A DNA stretch of 64,000 nt from Mytilus edulis (taxonomy: Eukaryota), in contig NC_092353.1 in assembly GCF_963676685.1 (NCBI RefSeq), positions 46,004,001 to 46,068,000 on the forward strand, given 5' to 3'. How positions within the stretch are numbered: the stretch's first letter is position 1; every line of letters begins with the position of its first letter. The translations under genes were made by a program, and so were the position numbers. Shown one piece after another: positions 1-14,945 of this stretch. Below the pieces are notes generated by a model. The model searched no databases. It had not been told where the DNA came from and saw only the letters and a list, made by a program, of their open reading frames with translations.

Positions 1-1066
1 TGTTTTAAAAGGCTAAAATAGGACTCTGACATTTTAGCATCTGATATTAGACCCATTTTAAAACTAGCAAAGACAGGAATTATTATTGTCCATTTTAAAA
101 AAATATTAAATATTTTAAGTTAATATTAATATTTAATTCATTTACAATAAATAACAAAGATAAATTTTAATGTCAAAACAGCATATAATTTTTATTACAA
201 ATGTCATATTCATTTATAATGCAGCACTAAAAAGTGTGAATACATTGCACAAGCATGATCAATATCCAGTAGTAGTACGTTAATAGTAACTAGTTTTTTT
301 ATTTTTCACCAAATATGGTCTGTGCCATAGATATATAAAGAAGATGTGGTATGAGTGGTAATGAGACAACTCTCCACTTACTCACAATTTGTAAAAGTAA
401 ACCATTATAAGTCAAAGTAAGGTCTTCAACAGGGAGCATACCTATTATGAATAGTAATCAAATGATAGATGTTATTGCTAACAATTATACATATATATAT
501 ATAATACACTTTTTCATTGTATCTTAATTCAATATTCTTTTAAAATTGACACAGAAAAAAACTATTCAAAAGTTGTTTTGATTTTTTTTTTAATTTATAT
601 AATTGTTTGATCATGTTGATTCCAACATCCTTTTTGACCATTTTGAATATATGTATGGTAAAAAAAATGTTTAATTGCAGCTACCAAAATTTTGTGGTTT
701 ATATTTATATTTAAGAGCATCATACCTTTTATCATTGGACTAAAATAATTGTAGTCAATACCACATAGCCATATTAAAAAATAAAATCTGATCAAAACTT
801 ACTCTTGATCGGAGTTAAAGATGTGCTTTTACCTTCCTTTAAAATCTGCTAATGTACAACTTCTTATAAAGAAATAGATTTAACATCCTTTCAACCATGA
901 AACATATATATATATATCCAACACCACAACACTTGTATATTAACAACATTCTTACACAAAATACTGTATAAAATGTAACATTTCAGGTGAAAACCGTCTA
1001 CAAAGTAACAGAAAAATCAATATCCGATGTGCTTTGATCTTTTCCTATTTATTTCAGGATACTTAC

Positions 1067-1191
1067 TTCATTTTGTAGATTTAATGTTTGTAACATTTTA
1101 AGGCCATCATCCAAATACCAAATATCCTAACAGAACATTAAAACCGATCTCATTTCTACCTGTTTATTACATTTCAAATCCGACGACAGAT
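1067..1191 (-). other. Candidate exon of the minus-strand gene (possible MLQTLNLQNE start)
   Basis: Acceptor aattgcag, donor GAA|gtaagt, ATG at 1096 gives 10 codons ending in phase 0; no homology recognised. Confidence 0.25.
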
Positions 1192-3792
1192 CTGCAATTC
1201 AATTAACATTAAAAGCAATAATGTTATGTTTAAAATTCTGTCAAACTGCATTAATTTTCTGACATTATTGCTTTTAATTTCTGATACTGTACAAATTTCT
1301 AATAAAGAAACTCAGAAAATTAATGAAATTTTGGCAGAATTTCTTGCATGCTGAAGTCAATGGTGTAATATTTAAAGAATTTGTCACAACATTGGTCAGT
1401 TATTATGATTGAACCTCATAATTCCTGCTGAGTCAGTCATGCCTCAGTAAGCAATATAAAAACAAGATGATATGTCAGACATAGTAGATATCAAATATTG
1501 GTCACTGTACAGCCTTTACAATGAGCAAAACCCATACTGCATAGCAAGCTATAAAACGCTCCGAGATGGCAAATGTAAAGCAATTCAAACGTGAAAAATA
1601 AGCGTCCCATTAATAAACAAAACATGTCTACAAACAAATACAGCAGCAAACAACAACCACTAAATTTCAGGCTATGGACTTTGGACAGGCACATAATCAC
1701 GTACTGAATGTTTCAGGGTTAAATAGGGGGGGGGGGTCTGAATGTCTTAGGGACTATGTTTCAAATCACCATGCATCACAATTTGATTAGTATGATTCCA
1801 TATATTTATATGTTTTAATACAGAAACTGACATCCCAAACTTTCATGTCAACTTTGAACCGGGAAAATGAGGTCAAGGTCATGTGACCACTGGTAAACAA
1901 AAATGTACACTTTAAACAAAAATAAAGTTAAACTATTTTTTTATTTATTAAGTCATGTTCCCTCAAGAATTTTCCAAAATATTATTGATAACCTATATAC
2001 ACGTTTCCACAACAGAAGAAAGATGGGAGCATCCTTCCCCCCTCCCCATCAAGTACTGGTTACAGAAAAACTTGGTTTACAAGTGTAGAGCTCCTTAAAA
2101 CTATTCTGCATGTAGCTCTAGAATTATATTTATTGCTATATGATTTCCAATAGCTTTATCTATAAAATTTTGATTACAAAACAATCAGCCTTATTTGTTA
2201 TTACCTATAGTGACCTTTTGTTCTGTACTTGGGGAAAAAAGTCTCCTTTATCTTAAGCAAGTCATCAGGAAAATAATTTTAACCCTATTGATTTGAATTC
2301 ATTATTAAAGACTTGAAAACATCACAAGATTAAATCAAACGGTTAATAGAGAAAAGGTGAATTTATTATTCCAAGTCACTTCCTACATGTTTCAAAGAAA
2401 TTCTAACATCCCATAATATCAATTTATAATTTCAATATCTTTTATACTTCCTAATGGAGGGCTAAATACAGAGCTATAGACAAATATTTAAATACAGCTC
2501 AATCGAATTTCGAGCATGGATTAACAATTAAAGTCTTATCAAAGAGACATGAAAAAAGAATGAATGTCTTCATACGGAGTTATAAAAAAAAGTATGAATA
2601 AAAGAACATGAAGTGTTAACATTAATCTGACATCGTCCAAATAACACAACTACAAATTCCCAGAACTAATTAAAACAATAAATGACCGTAATGACCCAAG
2701 TATTGACAATAATAATGTCTGTATTGCTTCAAACAAACTTCTAATTATCTAATTAGATATAGAAAGATGTGGTATGAGTGCCAATGAGACAACTCTCCAT
2801 CCAAATAACAATTTTTAAAAGTAAACCATTATAGGTCAAATAATTACCCATCTTATTACAGATTCCTCCACAGAAACCCACATAAAATTTTCCCCATGAT
2901 AAATACTAAATATGGAATAAATTAAATCTTGAAATGACTCCCGAGAGAACACTTCTAAATAATGGGACGTTTTGACTACTTGCTGAATCCACCTACAGAT
3001 ATTTATTTCCATGCTATAAGTAGCTTTTTAACTAATAAATATGGAATATATTTTTAATATTTTATGAGCTGATGTTGCTGCAGAGAATTGGTAATATTTT
3101 GTGATTAGTTGTGTTGACATCATTACACAATTATGTATACAAACATTTATATAACTAAATGTCATTTCAATATAAACATGGCAACCTGCGTCAGATTCAA
3201 TTTTTCACAGTAAATGCCAAATCTAAAATTTCAATTTAAATGTAAAAATATTGTGTCAACCAGTACATCAAGTTTCAACTTGCAAGAACAAAAAATAGGA
3301 ATTTCATGGCCATGGTAAATAAGGGTAATAACTCTTGATGTCAAAATCAAAATGGAATGATTAATTGTTTGTTGGTGTGTTTTTAAGCCCAATTGGCCAT
3401 ATCAAGGCAGCCACTTTTTTAGTTGAAGGAGCTATAGAATCTGGTAAGAACAACTGACTTCAACGGGAAAGATGGCATTCCTAGTTATTAAGATTGGAAT
3501 AAAACACAAATCATACAATTGTGAAGGGTTTGGAACTCACAAGATCAGCATGCTGCTGCAAAAGATTTGGTCAAGTGGTACTTAATAACACAAGGTTCAA
3601 AGGAGCCTCACGCTGCCTGAATTATTTATCTTGCTTCAATATTTAACTTAAATCTATGTAAATGAAAGATTAATTAAAAGAGTCTCAAACCATATTTTAG
3701 TCTTGCTATTGCATGTTGGGTTATTGTGGTGCAAAAAAAACATGATACAGAATTTTGAATTCAATATTTGTTTGCATCAGTATTTATACTGC

Positions 3793-3957
3793 CATTGGTG
3801 GATCCAGGAGGGGGGGGGGGGTTCCAGGGGTTGGAACCCCCTTTTTTTTGGCCGATCAATGCATTTGAATGGGGACTTATAGTTGAAACCCCCCCCCCCC
3901 TTTTATCCTGGGTTGGGACCCCCTCCCCCTTTTTTAAAATGGTTGGATCCACCCCTG
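3793..3957. mobile_element. MITE, CA..GGCGGATCC-terminus family A (CpG-decayed copy)
   Basis: TIRs cattggtggatcc / ggatccacccctg; 5-bp TSD actgc/actgg; homologous to the copies at 9671 and 21312. Confidence 0.85.
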
Positions 3958-6699
3958 ACTGGGATAGTTGTGTACAGCTTTTTTGCATATAATTGTTTTT
4001 GCATATAATTGCATAACTGTCATTATTGCGACAATTAAGGTTTCGAAAATTTTATGGTAGATACAATGACCTAAATGTGTGTCAATGTCAGTTTAAACTC
4101 ACTGAATTTACATTATTTCATTTAAATTCAATTTAATTGCAAATAGATATTTTTATCAAATCATGTTCAATGTTTAATGTTTTATGTTTACATTTTCTCA
4201 AACAGTAAAATTTACTAAATGACATTAATCCTTGTAGTTCCTGTATAAAACATAACCTATATCCTTCTATGTCATTACAATCAATTAAATTCTTCATATA
4301 TACCATAAATAAAAATTTTAAAAAATCTGCAATGCAATTATTTTGTATCAATGAACCAGATAACCTGCACAAAATTCCATGAGGTATTAAAACACTATTG
4401 AAACTATTTTAATGAACATTAATTACTTGATGTGAAATGTAGTGTTTGCTTATTATAAATTTTGATATACTAGTATATGATGGTAAGTGAGTCACAATAT
4501 GATCCTTTACAACAGATAAAACAGCTGATTTGAAAGGTACACAATGCCTAAGAGGGGGGCCTCTACTGTCATGCTTCAGTAATTCCCTATAATAAACCAA
4601 ATTTTTCGCAGAAAAGAGGGGAGGGGCAGCCGCCAAAGTCCCCTTGGCCCTTCTCCTAAATCGGCATCTAGCCACAATACATCATTTACCGTGTTACAAC
4701 CCTAGATGAAAGCCAAAGAGGAAAGGCATTGTTTGACCAACAAAAAATATATTTTATAGCCTAGTTTGTAGCATGGCATTGGATAAAGTACATGTGGGGT
4801 TGCCAGTATGTCACAGAAGCAAAGGTTAAATTCATGTTGAGGGAAGAACAAAAAATTGAGTATATATCTTACATAGTTGACTTAAATTTGAGAGGAGAAA
4901 TTGGAATTAACAGAATAGGCCAATTCAAAGAAGACACTATGACAATATCAAACATCAAACACTCTTTTGAGGTTGAGAGTTGTGTATTAAATTGTGCATA
5001 AAATGTGTATTACAGTTAAAACATTATTAAGATTAATTTGCTAAGTCATTTGAACTGTTATGTGCATCTATACAATTGAAATAAACTTTTAAGTAATTTC
5101 ATTATTAATTCAAAATTAAGGTACTTTGGGTCAAGTGAGATTGACATGAAAGAGGAGGGGTTTCAAAATACATTGACATGTAAAATATCGAATATTTCTG
5201 AAAGAACATTAATTGCTTTGCAGAAAAAATCATACACAATTTATATGTCGCAAACATGATTATTTCAGCGACATGTATCTGAAAATACCTTAAGCCAGTA
5301 CAGACAGAACACATGTGGGTGTTAACTCTGAGAAAAAGGGCTTAAAGAGTGTTTTAATCACATACTAGAAGTAAGGAGAAATCAAGCTTTTCAACGATCT
5401 TTATTAGTGTTTGTCAAACTGCTATACATGTTGTATATATATCCAACCAAATCATTTCTATAAACTGTGATTCAAGTTCCTAGAAATTTTCATATCTTAA
5501 ATTATAAACAAGTCAAAGTAAATAATTTGTCAAAACTTTATGAAAATTAAACGAGCCAAACCTATTTCAGTCAAAGTGTTGGGTACCCCATAAGTTATAA
5601 TCTTTCTGAAAAAATACAAATGTACTCAGGTCTCTATCATATCCTTATATCCTTCCTCTCTCAATCTATAAACTGATGTTAGTTGCATCCAAGAGTAGGA
5701 AGCTGACCAGCATGAAGCGTGTTGTATGATAAACCTTAAAAGCTTTAAAATCAATTGTGTATCAAGTTGATAACGAAAAAACAATGTTCAATTTCCGAGG
5801 TTTGCCAATAGTCGATATTTGTCTTTAACATGTAAGTGATTTTCAAAATGTACATCATTTAAATGTTCTATTTCAAGTGAAATTACACTAATTGTCTGTC
5901 AACAAATTATTTGTTTAACATGAGCAATTTCATGTTTGTTCAATGTCCTATCTCATCAATAATTGCCCTGTATTACAATGCTGTATTATTGTATCTTAAA
6001 AACGAACATGGTTTTTAAATTCTTCCTTGGACTGGTTGTAATTGGACATTATAATTGAATGCTGTGGAATATAATCATGTTTTTCAGAAATAACATATGT
6101 TGTATCTCATTTAGAAAATGAGGCAAACTAAAGTTAGAGAACAGTAACAAAAATTCATCATATTTTATGTTTATAAAGGGGTATAACTCAAGAGCAGTAA
6201 AAGTAACACCACCAAATTTCAAATTTGATCTGTATTACAAATGCATGTGGTAATAAGCATTGTGTATAAGTTTCATAACATTTGATTGAGGCAAACTATA
6301 AAGTGAGAGAATGGAAACGAAAATTTTTAGCAATTTTTATGTTTATAAAAAGGGTTTAACTCAATAGCAGTAAAAGTGATGCCTCCCATTTACAAACTCT
6401 ATTTGTGTCTTATGGTAATAAGCATTTGGTTGAAGCAAACTTAAATAAGAGAACGGAAACCAGCTTTGGGGCGTACATACTGATGTACGGCAGGGGCATA
6501 AAAATATAAATAACCTGATTTACCTGTCCTAGGAAATGGTAATTAGAAACTAGGGAAAACATTTTCATGTAAAACTTTTATGACAGACAGACATATATAC
6601 AGGATTAAACGATTGATATAATGTATACCTTTATGTTTTCTTGAGTTGTTGGGTTGCAGTCTAACTGATGAACATACCAAACATATCCTTTTATTTGTA

Positions 6700-7850
6700 A
6701 ATATACATCTCCCCATCTAAGATGACATACATGTACATCTCCCCACATGTGTAAGATGACATACATGTACATCTCCCCACCTGTGTAAGATGTCTGTCGA
6801 TACATGAACATCTCCCCACATCTGTAAGATGTCATGCATGTACATCTCCCCACATGTGTAAGATGTCTGTCGATACATGAACATCTCCCCACATCTGTAA
6901 GATGACATACATTTACATCCCCATCTGTGTAAGATGACATAAATGTACACCTTCCCACCTGTTTAAGATGACATACATGTACATCTGATTCTCCCCACCT
7001 GTGTAAGATGTCATACATGTACATCTCCCAACCTGTGTAAGATGTCATACATGTACATTTCACCACCTGTGTAAGATGTCATACCTGTACATCTCCCCAC
7101 CTGTGTAAATATGACATATATGTACATCTCCCCATCTGTGTAAGATGACATACATGTACATCTCCCCACCTGTGTAAATATAAAAAAGAAGACATGGTAT
7201 GATTGCCAATGAGACAACTATCCGCAAAAGACCAAAATGACACAGACATTAACAACTATAGGTCACCATACGGCCTTCAACAATGAGCTAAGCCCATACC
7301 GCATAGTCAGCTATAAAAAGCCTGGATAAGACAATGTAAAACAATTCAAACGAGAAAACTAACGGCCTTATTTATGTAAAAAAAAATGAATGACAAACAA
7401 ATATGTAACACATAAACAAACGACAACCACTGAATTACAGGCTCCTGAATGACATACAAAAACATCTCCCAACATGTGTAGGATGACATACATGTACATC
7501 TCACACCATATGCATAAAATTATCCCATACATGAACATCTCTCCACCTATGTAAGATGACATCATACATGTATATCTACCCATTTGTCTGATTGCATACA
7601 TGTACATCTCTAAACATATGTAAGATGACATACAAGTAGATCTCCCCATATGTGTAGGATGGCATACATGTACATCTCCCCACACCATATGTGTTAGATG
7701 GTATATATGTTCCTTATCTTATCACAAGCATGCTAAAAGATATACATGTACATCTCCCCACACCATATGTGTTAGATGGTATATATGTTCCTTGTCTTAT
7801 CAAAAGCATGCTAAAAGATATACATGTACATCTCCAAACATATGTAATTA
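6700..7850. repeat. 34-bp minisatellite interrupted by an Mg1-like repeat
   Basis: acatctccccacctgtgtaagatgacatacatgt; period 6735/6769. Confidence 0.95.
7178..7448 (+). repeat. Abundant dispersed repeat (Mytilus Mg1-like)
   Basis: ggtatgattgccaatgagacaact...ggccttcaacaatgagc; further copies at ~339-440, 1520-1700, 2763-2840, 33955-34090, 38375-38545 (-), 45068-45165 and 47090-47185. Confidence 0.8.
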
Positions 7851-9140
7851 ATATTGAAAACTAATTTTGAAAAACCTTGCTTTTACTTTCATCATGTTCA
7901 TTTACTATGACATTGTAAGAAATGAAGTTTCTTAAGTAAACAAATTGAAAAATTGTTATCAGAAAATGAATAAAAGTGATCTTTAAAGTGAAACCCAAGT
8001 AACCCCCTTAGGTAGTATTTCAATCTTCTCTATCCAAGCTTCTTGAATGTCAGAGTGAAATCTTTCCCATGAGCTCTTAAGATTGTAATTGATAGTTCTA
8101 TTCTTTACATCACATCACTTTCCTTCTTATTTAAGATTGATAAAATCTGGGTTTTATTGTGAACTTTTATCAATATTATTCTTCCACATCAATATTGAAA
8201 TTTTTATACAAGAACAATTCATTTAGACATTTGTGAAATAATTCTAAAATCAATCATAAAGACATAATAATACTTCAATTTTTTATGAACTTTACTTTTT
8301 AATATGCAAAAGAACTTAATGTTTTCACTGGACACAAACTATTTACTAGTCTGAGCATAGGACAATCCTTAAGAATATAATAAAAAAAATCAAATATTTT
8401 ATCCGACAATTGGTCTGAGTAAGAGTTTTATTTTACTTGTTATGACAAACTGACCAACGTCCTTTACCAGCTCGATATAATAATAAAGGTCTATAACTAT
8501 CTTTATATCTTCATATTTTCCATTGTATCAATGACCTACATTTTTATTAGAAGATACCCTTATAAGTAAAGAGTACTTATGGTGTATTAATCCCAAATAA
8601 ACCTATATCAAGTACCTGAAAGTTTTAACAATAAACTATTTTTCGTTCAGTATCATATTTAAGTTGAAATACACAATTGATCACTCAGGTATCTGAAAGG
8701 TCATCACTGATGTAAAGATAAATTATACAATTTGTATCTGAAATTTTCTTGTATAAACGAAATTAAATAATATTTTAAAAAAGTAAAATTAATAAAAAGG
8801 GAATGTGTCCATCGATGGGACTCAGATGTCATGCTCCTGCTAAACTCTAGAAAGATAAAAGTGACACCACCCATATTCAAATTTGATCTGTGTTTTGTGG
8901 TATGAAGCATTGAGTTTAAGTTTCATAACATTGGTCAAGGCAAACTAAAGTTAGAGAATGGAAACTAATTTTGGAACTTACAGAGGGACACATGTACAGA
9001 CAGACAAGGTTAAAACTGAATACCCCTTCCACTTTGGCAGGGGCATACAAATTGATAACTGTTAACATAAAATAAATTGCGATAAATAAAATTGTGCTAC
9101 AGACACCTTGTTATATTCTTACTGAAATCTAAAGCATATA

Positions 9141-9352
9141 TACTGTGGATTCATTATTATTCGTTGGATACCAATTTTCGTGAATTTCGTGGGCACAGTC
9201 AAACCACGAAATTAAATATTCAACGAATGATAATTTTTCTATAGGTTTGTATGCAGACTTCAGCAAAACCACGAAAATAAATATCCACGAATATGCAAGT
9301 TTTTCTTAATCCACGAAAATTGGTACCCACGAAAATAAATGAATCCACAGTA
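9141..9352. mobile_element. Tc1/mariner-type MITE (TA TSD)
   Basis: TIR tactgtggattcatt / aatgaatccacagta; decayed copies near 38255-38662, 42667-42871, 47193-47372 and 47886. Confidence 0.85.
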
Positions 9353-9670
9353 GTAAGGAATAAAGGATAATTGTCAATGAAAGCTGAACTATAATTTCTA
9401 GTAATATTAAACAATTAGCACCTATTTCTGTACTTCAATCAATAATAGGCAGCTGATGTCAAAATGTTCTTTTCCACACCTCGTTATCTCACCTGCAAGG
9501 CTATTACCTAAGCTTATAGTAAGAGGGTGTAATTATTAATAATAGGGGATGGGAAATCTATGTAGTGCCAAGACAATTTCAGAAAATACATGATTTTTGT
9601 TTTTTATGCTAAAAGGAAATTATCATATTGCAATCATAATCCCCAAAAAATATGTTGTGCAGCACATTTT

Positions 9671-9817
9671 CAGGGGCGGATCCAGCCATTTTAAAAAGGG
9701 GAGTTCCCAAACCAGGACAAAAGGGGGTTCCAACTGTATTTCCCCATTCAAATGCATTGATTGGCCAAAAAAAGGGGGGGTTCCAACCCCTGGAACCCCC
9801 CCTTGGATCCGCCGATG
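9671..9817. mobile_element. MITE family A
   Basis: caggggcggatcc...ggatccgccgatg; TSD ATTTT. Confidence 0.88.
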
Positions 9818-10469
9818 ATTTTCAAACTTTACCTCGAAAATTAAGATTGGAAGTAGGGAATGTGATAAAGAGATAACAACACGACCAAAGAGCTGAAAAA
9901 ACAGCCCAAGGCCACCAATATGAATGGGTCTTCAACATAGCTAGAAAATCCCTCACCCAGAGGCAGGCTTCAACTGGCCTATTAAAGGCAAAATGTCTGC
10001 CAAGTCAAATTTTGTTGAGAATCTCTAATACCTTTTATTTTTATATTTACAAGCAATGTCCACTGTCTGCTCTTAAATATTAGATCAGTATTTGACATCG
10101 AAAAAAAAAACACTGATTGGGATTTCCCTGACAACTTCAGACCTTTTTAAATGTTTCAGAAGGTCAGACGTGGGAGGAATTTAAAAGCCTTTCTAGTATT
10201 AAACAAAACAACAAAACTTTAATTTTACAGCATTATGTATTTTTAGAAAAAAAAAGACAATGCCAACAAAAAACTTCACAGGTAAAAAAATAAAGGGGAG
10301 TTTTTAAATTTCTAAAAATATACATATTGTAAAACGACTTACCAGAAATGATGAACTTGTAAAACTTAGATTATAGCTGAACAATATCCAGATAAATGTA
10401 TAATAAAACTACTTCAAGTTTATCTTAACAGGTATTTAATCTATTTAAAAAAATATAAAGCTTCCTTAC

Positions 10470-10574
10470 CAGTTTAAAATAAACAAGTCCGGGCTGACAC
10501 AGCAGTGAATGTAAAGGTCGTTTAACGACACCTCTCTAAGTACCTAAACATAAATCGGCTTTGAAATCCCCCAC
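10470..10574 (-). other. Candidate non-coding exon of the minus-strand gene
   Basis: Acceptor tttcctatgtttgtag, donor CTG|gtaagg, 105 nt, stops in all three frames. Confidence 0.4.
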
Positions 10575-11963
10575 CTACAAACATAGGAAATGTACACCTT
10601 TAAGAGATCAATAAGAACATTTAGTTGTTACAACAGATCATCATGTCAATATCATCTTCTGATTGACAGAAATGTATATTACATTACTTGTAATTGTTTT
10701 CTATTCACTGGTCAATATAACTATTGGTTCCAGGGCAATAATCTGTGTTATTACCTTCATATGTTGTTAGATGATTACATATGTCAAGATTTACTACAGG
10801 GTATTTATCACTTCACACATATTTAAAATAGGATCTTGAAATAAGTATAAAGACGTGGAAAGGAGGGGTGGTTTGAATAGATACCCACAATACATTACTT
10901 TAACATTCCTTGTGTTTTAATTTGATTTTTAATTTTTGTACCTTGACATCCATCCGTTTGATATTTTTTGTCTTTTCAAAATATTTTCTTCTATTTTGCT
11001 CAAACATCCATAAAATTTCCCTTCTTAATATTTTCTTATCTAGCAAACATGCATGGCATCAGTTCTAAAAAAGTGAAGATGACCTTTCTTCATAAAATCA
11101 CTGAAATAACAAATTTTTAGAAATCAATGTTTTCCTTTCAAGAAGCTTGCACGGTGAACACAAACACATTATAAAAACTTCACTCCTAGGCTAGATTCAC
11201 GGTTACAAAAGTTTTTATTCCAATATTTTCAAACAGCAAACCCAAGGCAAGGTTAAACAGTGCAATTTATACAAGTGAGTCTTGCAGAGCTTTGTTCTAG
11301 ATCTGAAGAAATTATCGATTATAACATACTAAACAATTCTACCTGAAACACCTGTGCCAATCTCATCAATATCTTTTTTGTATTTTTGGCAACAAATAAC
11401 ATGAAATTGTTATCTTATCCAAAAACATATCATTCTGGCAAACTATCAAATTAAGAAGTTCAACATCACAAATTCACATCTTAAATCAGTGAAAAAAGAG
11501 ATCAAAGCATTTGCAAACATTCACGTTTTCGCTATTATTCATCCTTGGGAAATCGGTACATTATCATGATTATGATATCTGTTGTAATACAAAAGAATGA
11601 TTAATTCACTTTTCTCTTCTAAAAGCTAACCACAAAATCATACAAGCACTACAAAATGTTTGAAGATTTGGAGTATTTGAATTAAGAAGTTAATCAACCC
11701 ATCCTTTTACTTTTAATAATTTAAGAGTCATTTTCTTTATTTTTCTCAGGAATATTTTTTTTCTTTTGATAAAAATATTGTCAGTTTTTTTTCATTCCAC
11801 AATATCATGAATATGGCTATTTTGTCAGATAATCAAGGAAAACTATCCAAACTATATGAGGGTAACACATACATTATGGACAGTACTGACAGTAGCCATA
11901 TAAAACTTGTATGTGTTATGACTGATTTTATTAGACATTTACTGTACAGCAGTTTACTGCTAC

Positions 11964-12106
11964 CATAGGTTGATCCAGGGGGGGCCTGGGAGCCTGCGGG
12001 GCCCGGGCCCCCCCTTTTGTGGGAAAAATTTGGTTGATTATATAGGGAATCATTGAAGCATGACTGGAGCGGGCCCCCCTTAGGAAAAGTTCTGGATCCG
12101 CCACTG
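11964..12106. mobile_element. MITE family B (same terminus type)
   Basis: catagg..gatcc...ggatccgccactg; TSD GCTAC; degraded relatives near 4540-4675, 16560-16679 and 17763-17848. Confidence 0.85.
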
Positions 12107-14580
12107 GCTACATGTACCTACTGTTTCTTGACCTTTTTGTAACCACAGAAAAAGGAAAGAGGATGGCTCTGAGGTGGGGGTGTATTTTGGGTCATGATGC
12201 CCTGATTGTAACAGTAAAATTTTAATCCAAAACTCAACTGTAATTAATGGGAGGGGTTTTTTTTCTTGCTTTAAAACCAGCTGATGTTAATTTGTAAAAA
12301 AAAGCTTTCAAATGACCATATTTATAAACATTGATTCAACATTCATAAGGACTCATCCAACCTCATCTGGAAAATTTGTACAAGTTCAACAAAAAATGGT
12401 GGTACATGCAGACTATTGTATGAATTTCTTATACTAACTTTACCTTAAAAGTCAACCCTACTCCTAAATTTACAGAATTCATCAAGGACTCAGGGTCATG
12501 TAAAAGAACAGATTTTCAGTGAGAAACCTGTCCAAATCATGCAGAATTCCAAAGATTATTAAATCATCCCACTTAGAAATGACCTTGAAATAGCTGATCA
12601 ATGATTTAGAACTATGAAGTCAAACATACTTTTTTCTAATGTTCATCCATGTACATTACATGTTCTTACAGTAATTTGATTCTAAGTTAAATCTACAACA
12701 TCAAAATTGTGATTCAGTTTTCAGGAAATGTATTGATGTCTACTGGTATAATTTAATTTGTTGGAAAATTATCACAGAAATGCACCGAATTACAAGTTAA
12801 TTCTGACAATTTACAATAGGTGTATCTATTGGTTTTTACCGAATCGTGTTTCCTGCAATCTCTTATAAAACAAGAGGCTCAAAGGAGTGGTTTACACCCA
12901 AGGTTAAATCTAATTCTCCTAAAGACCATAAGTACTGTTTTCCTAGATTTCTGAAAAAAAAGTAGGATACTTTAGCAGTAAGAAGAGAATAAGAAAAGAA
13001 TAAGAATACACATTAGAGGGTCAAACTGTCCTATGTCTACACACAAGTTGTGAAACATTAATTAACAAAATCAGAATCAGGATTCACACTAAAAGGGGCA
13101 ATTTTATGTTAAACAATACTGAACAATACTACATATTTCAGAATGGTCCAAGACATGGAAAGCAAGGTCAGAGATCACATCAAAAGTTCATAGTTTCATA
13201 ATAGGATGAAAAAATTAATTCACATCCCTTTTTTTTTATGCACAGGTACATAAAATTGAAAATGGAAATGAGGAATGTCAAAGAGACAACAACCCGACCA
13301 ATGAGCAGATAAAAGCCGAGTTCCACTAATGGGTCTTCAACGCAGCAAGGAATTCCCGCACCAGGAGATGATCCACATCTGGCCCTTCATTATATCTACA
13401 ATCAGAGAGGATTCTGCATTTTCCAGCTACTCGCTGTGTGCATCAGACAAAGAGTAATGTCTTTTTTTTTACATTTTTAAAAAAACACTTATTTGAATTA
13501 ATTCATTGTTAAATAAATATGTACCAGATCGAGCTTCAGTCTAAACAAAGGCCCTTGAAATTATTGTGCTCTCCCTTTAAATGAAAATGATAAAATCGAC
13601 AATAACTGTAATGCATCAAAAAACGTCGATGTTATTGATATGATATAATGATTTACTATCAGGCCAAATAACAATTATTCAAAAGCTTTTAAAGATGATA
13701 TATTCTTTGCAACATTTTTTTCTCCACTATCTTGTCTCCATAACTGTCTATCCCACTTTTTTAACCCCCTCCCAAATCATGTTTTTTTTCTGACATCAAT
13801 TGGTCCCTTAATTATTTATCTGTTGATAAAAACATCCATTCTAACACTTTAACATAGCATCTGAACTTTCAATATAGTTTGATACAACAATATTGAAGAA
13901 AACATATCTTATGAAATTGCCAGTAGCATTCAACCTTCAAAAGTATATGTGGTATTTTAACAGAAATAACATAATGTCACTATGCCTTTGTACAAGAAAT
14001 CTATTCAATAAATGCAACCCAACAAACTTTTTTTAAACCTGTTGTTATCATAATAATTGACAATAACAGAATGAAGAGATTACAACAATTGCAAGTATGC
14101 TTTGTTCATGTACATGTATAGATGCAATAATATTGTACATAAACATGACTACGTGTATATATATATATATATATATAAGTTATTTGACTTGTAATCCCAT
14201 TTAGTTAATAAGTGGTAGTTATATAGTCAATCAACCATATCAATAAACAACCCTAATACACATAATTGAATATATTTCAGCTGGGTCATGGTTATTTCCT
14301 GCTACTAAATACCCTTAAGTAAGAAAATGTATTTCCGGATTATGAAATAATAAAGCCAATTCAAAAGATCATTGATTTAATTACTTCTGGTAACATGTTT
14401 ATTAGATGAAAATATGTCCTTCCTATATGAAGGTATTTACATGTTTACTCCTACTATGATGGTCTATCTATTGAACATCAATAAGTCCATTTATCATACT
14501 TGGACATGTACAGTGACCCAAAGAATATTTTGCATTGTAATGAATATTATCAGAAACATATATATATATATATATATATA

Positions 14581-14945
14581 CAACTCGTCTAAACATCAAC
14601 CCAACAATGTTAGATCTGTAAATTTGCTTTCGCAAATTTTTGGTTCTTCCCTCGCCGGGATTCGAACCCATGCTACTGTGATATCGTGACACCAAATCGC
14701 CTGCACTGCAGCCGTCCCGCTAGACCACACGACCACCTGGGCTCTCAAAAAAAGAGCTTTCGGTGGGCATGTGTTACCTTTCCACGTCAGTTTTAATCTA
14801 GCGGCGTACTACAGTACATGATATATAAGGCATGAAGATGTTATTGTTACAGATCAGCTAAATTATCTATAGTAAAGGATCCTACAAATTAATGTAAGAT
14901 ACAGTCACAGAAAATAATTATATTCATAAGTACGTCTGAGTCAGA
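14581..14945 (-). mobile_element. tRNA-related repeat in a (TA)n microsatellite; second partial copy at 15210-15367
   Basis: Minus strand A box TGGTCGTGTGG and B box GGTTCGAATCCC; acceptor stem does not pair well. Confidence 0.75.

Noticed and set aside
2100-3130. Possible highly decayed L1/Tx1-like coding remnant (also ~4740-4990)
   Set aside because: Only isolated short motifs; cannot be supported without a translated search
6605-7688. Overlapping Met/Cys/His-rich minus-strand ORFs
   Set aside because: Products of the 34-bp minisatellite
14645-14745. Functional tRNA gene
   Set aside because: Acceptor stem mispaired, oversized middle region, and part of a repeated element
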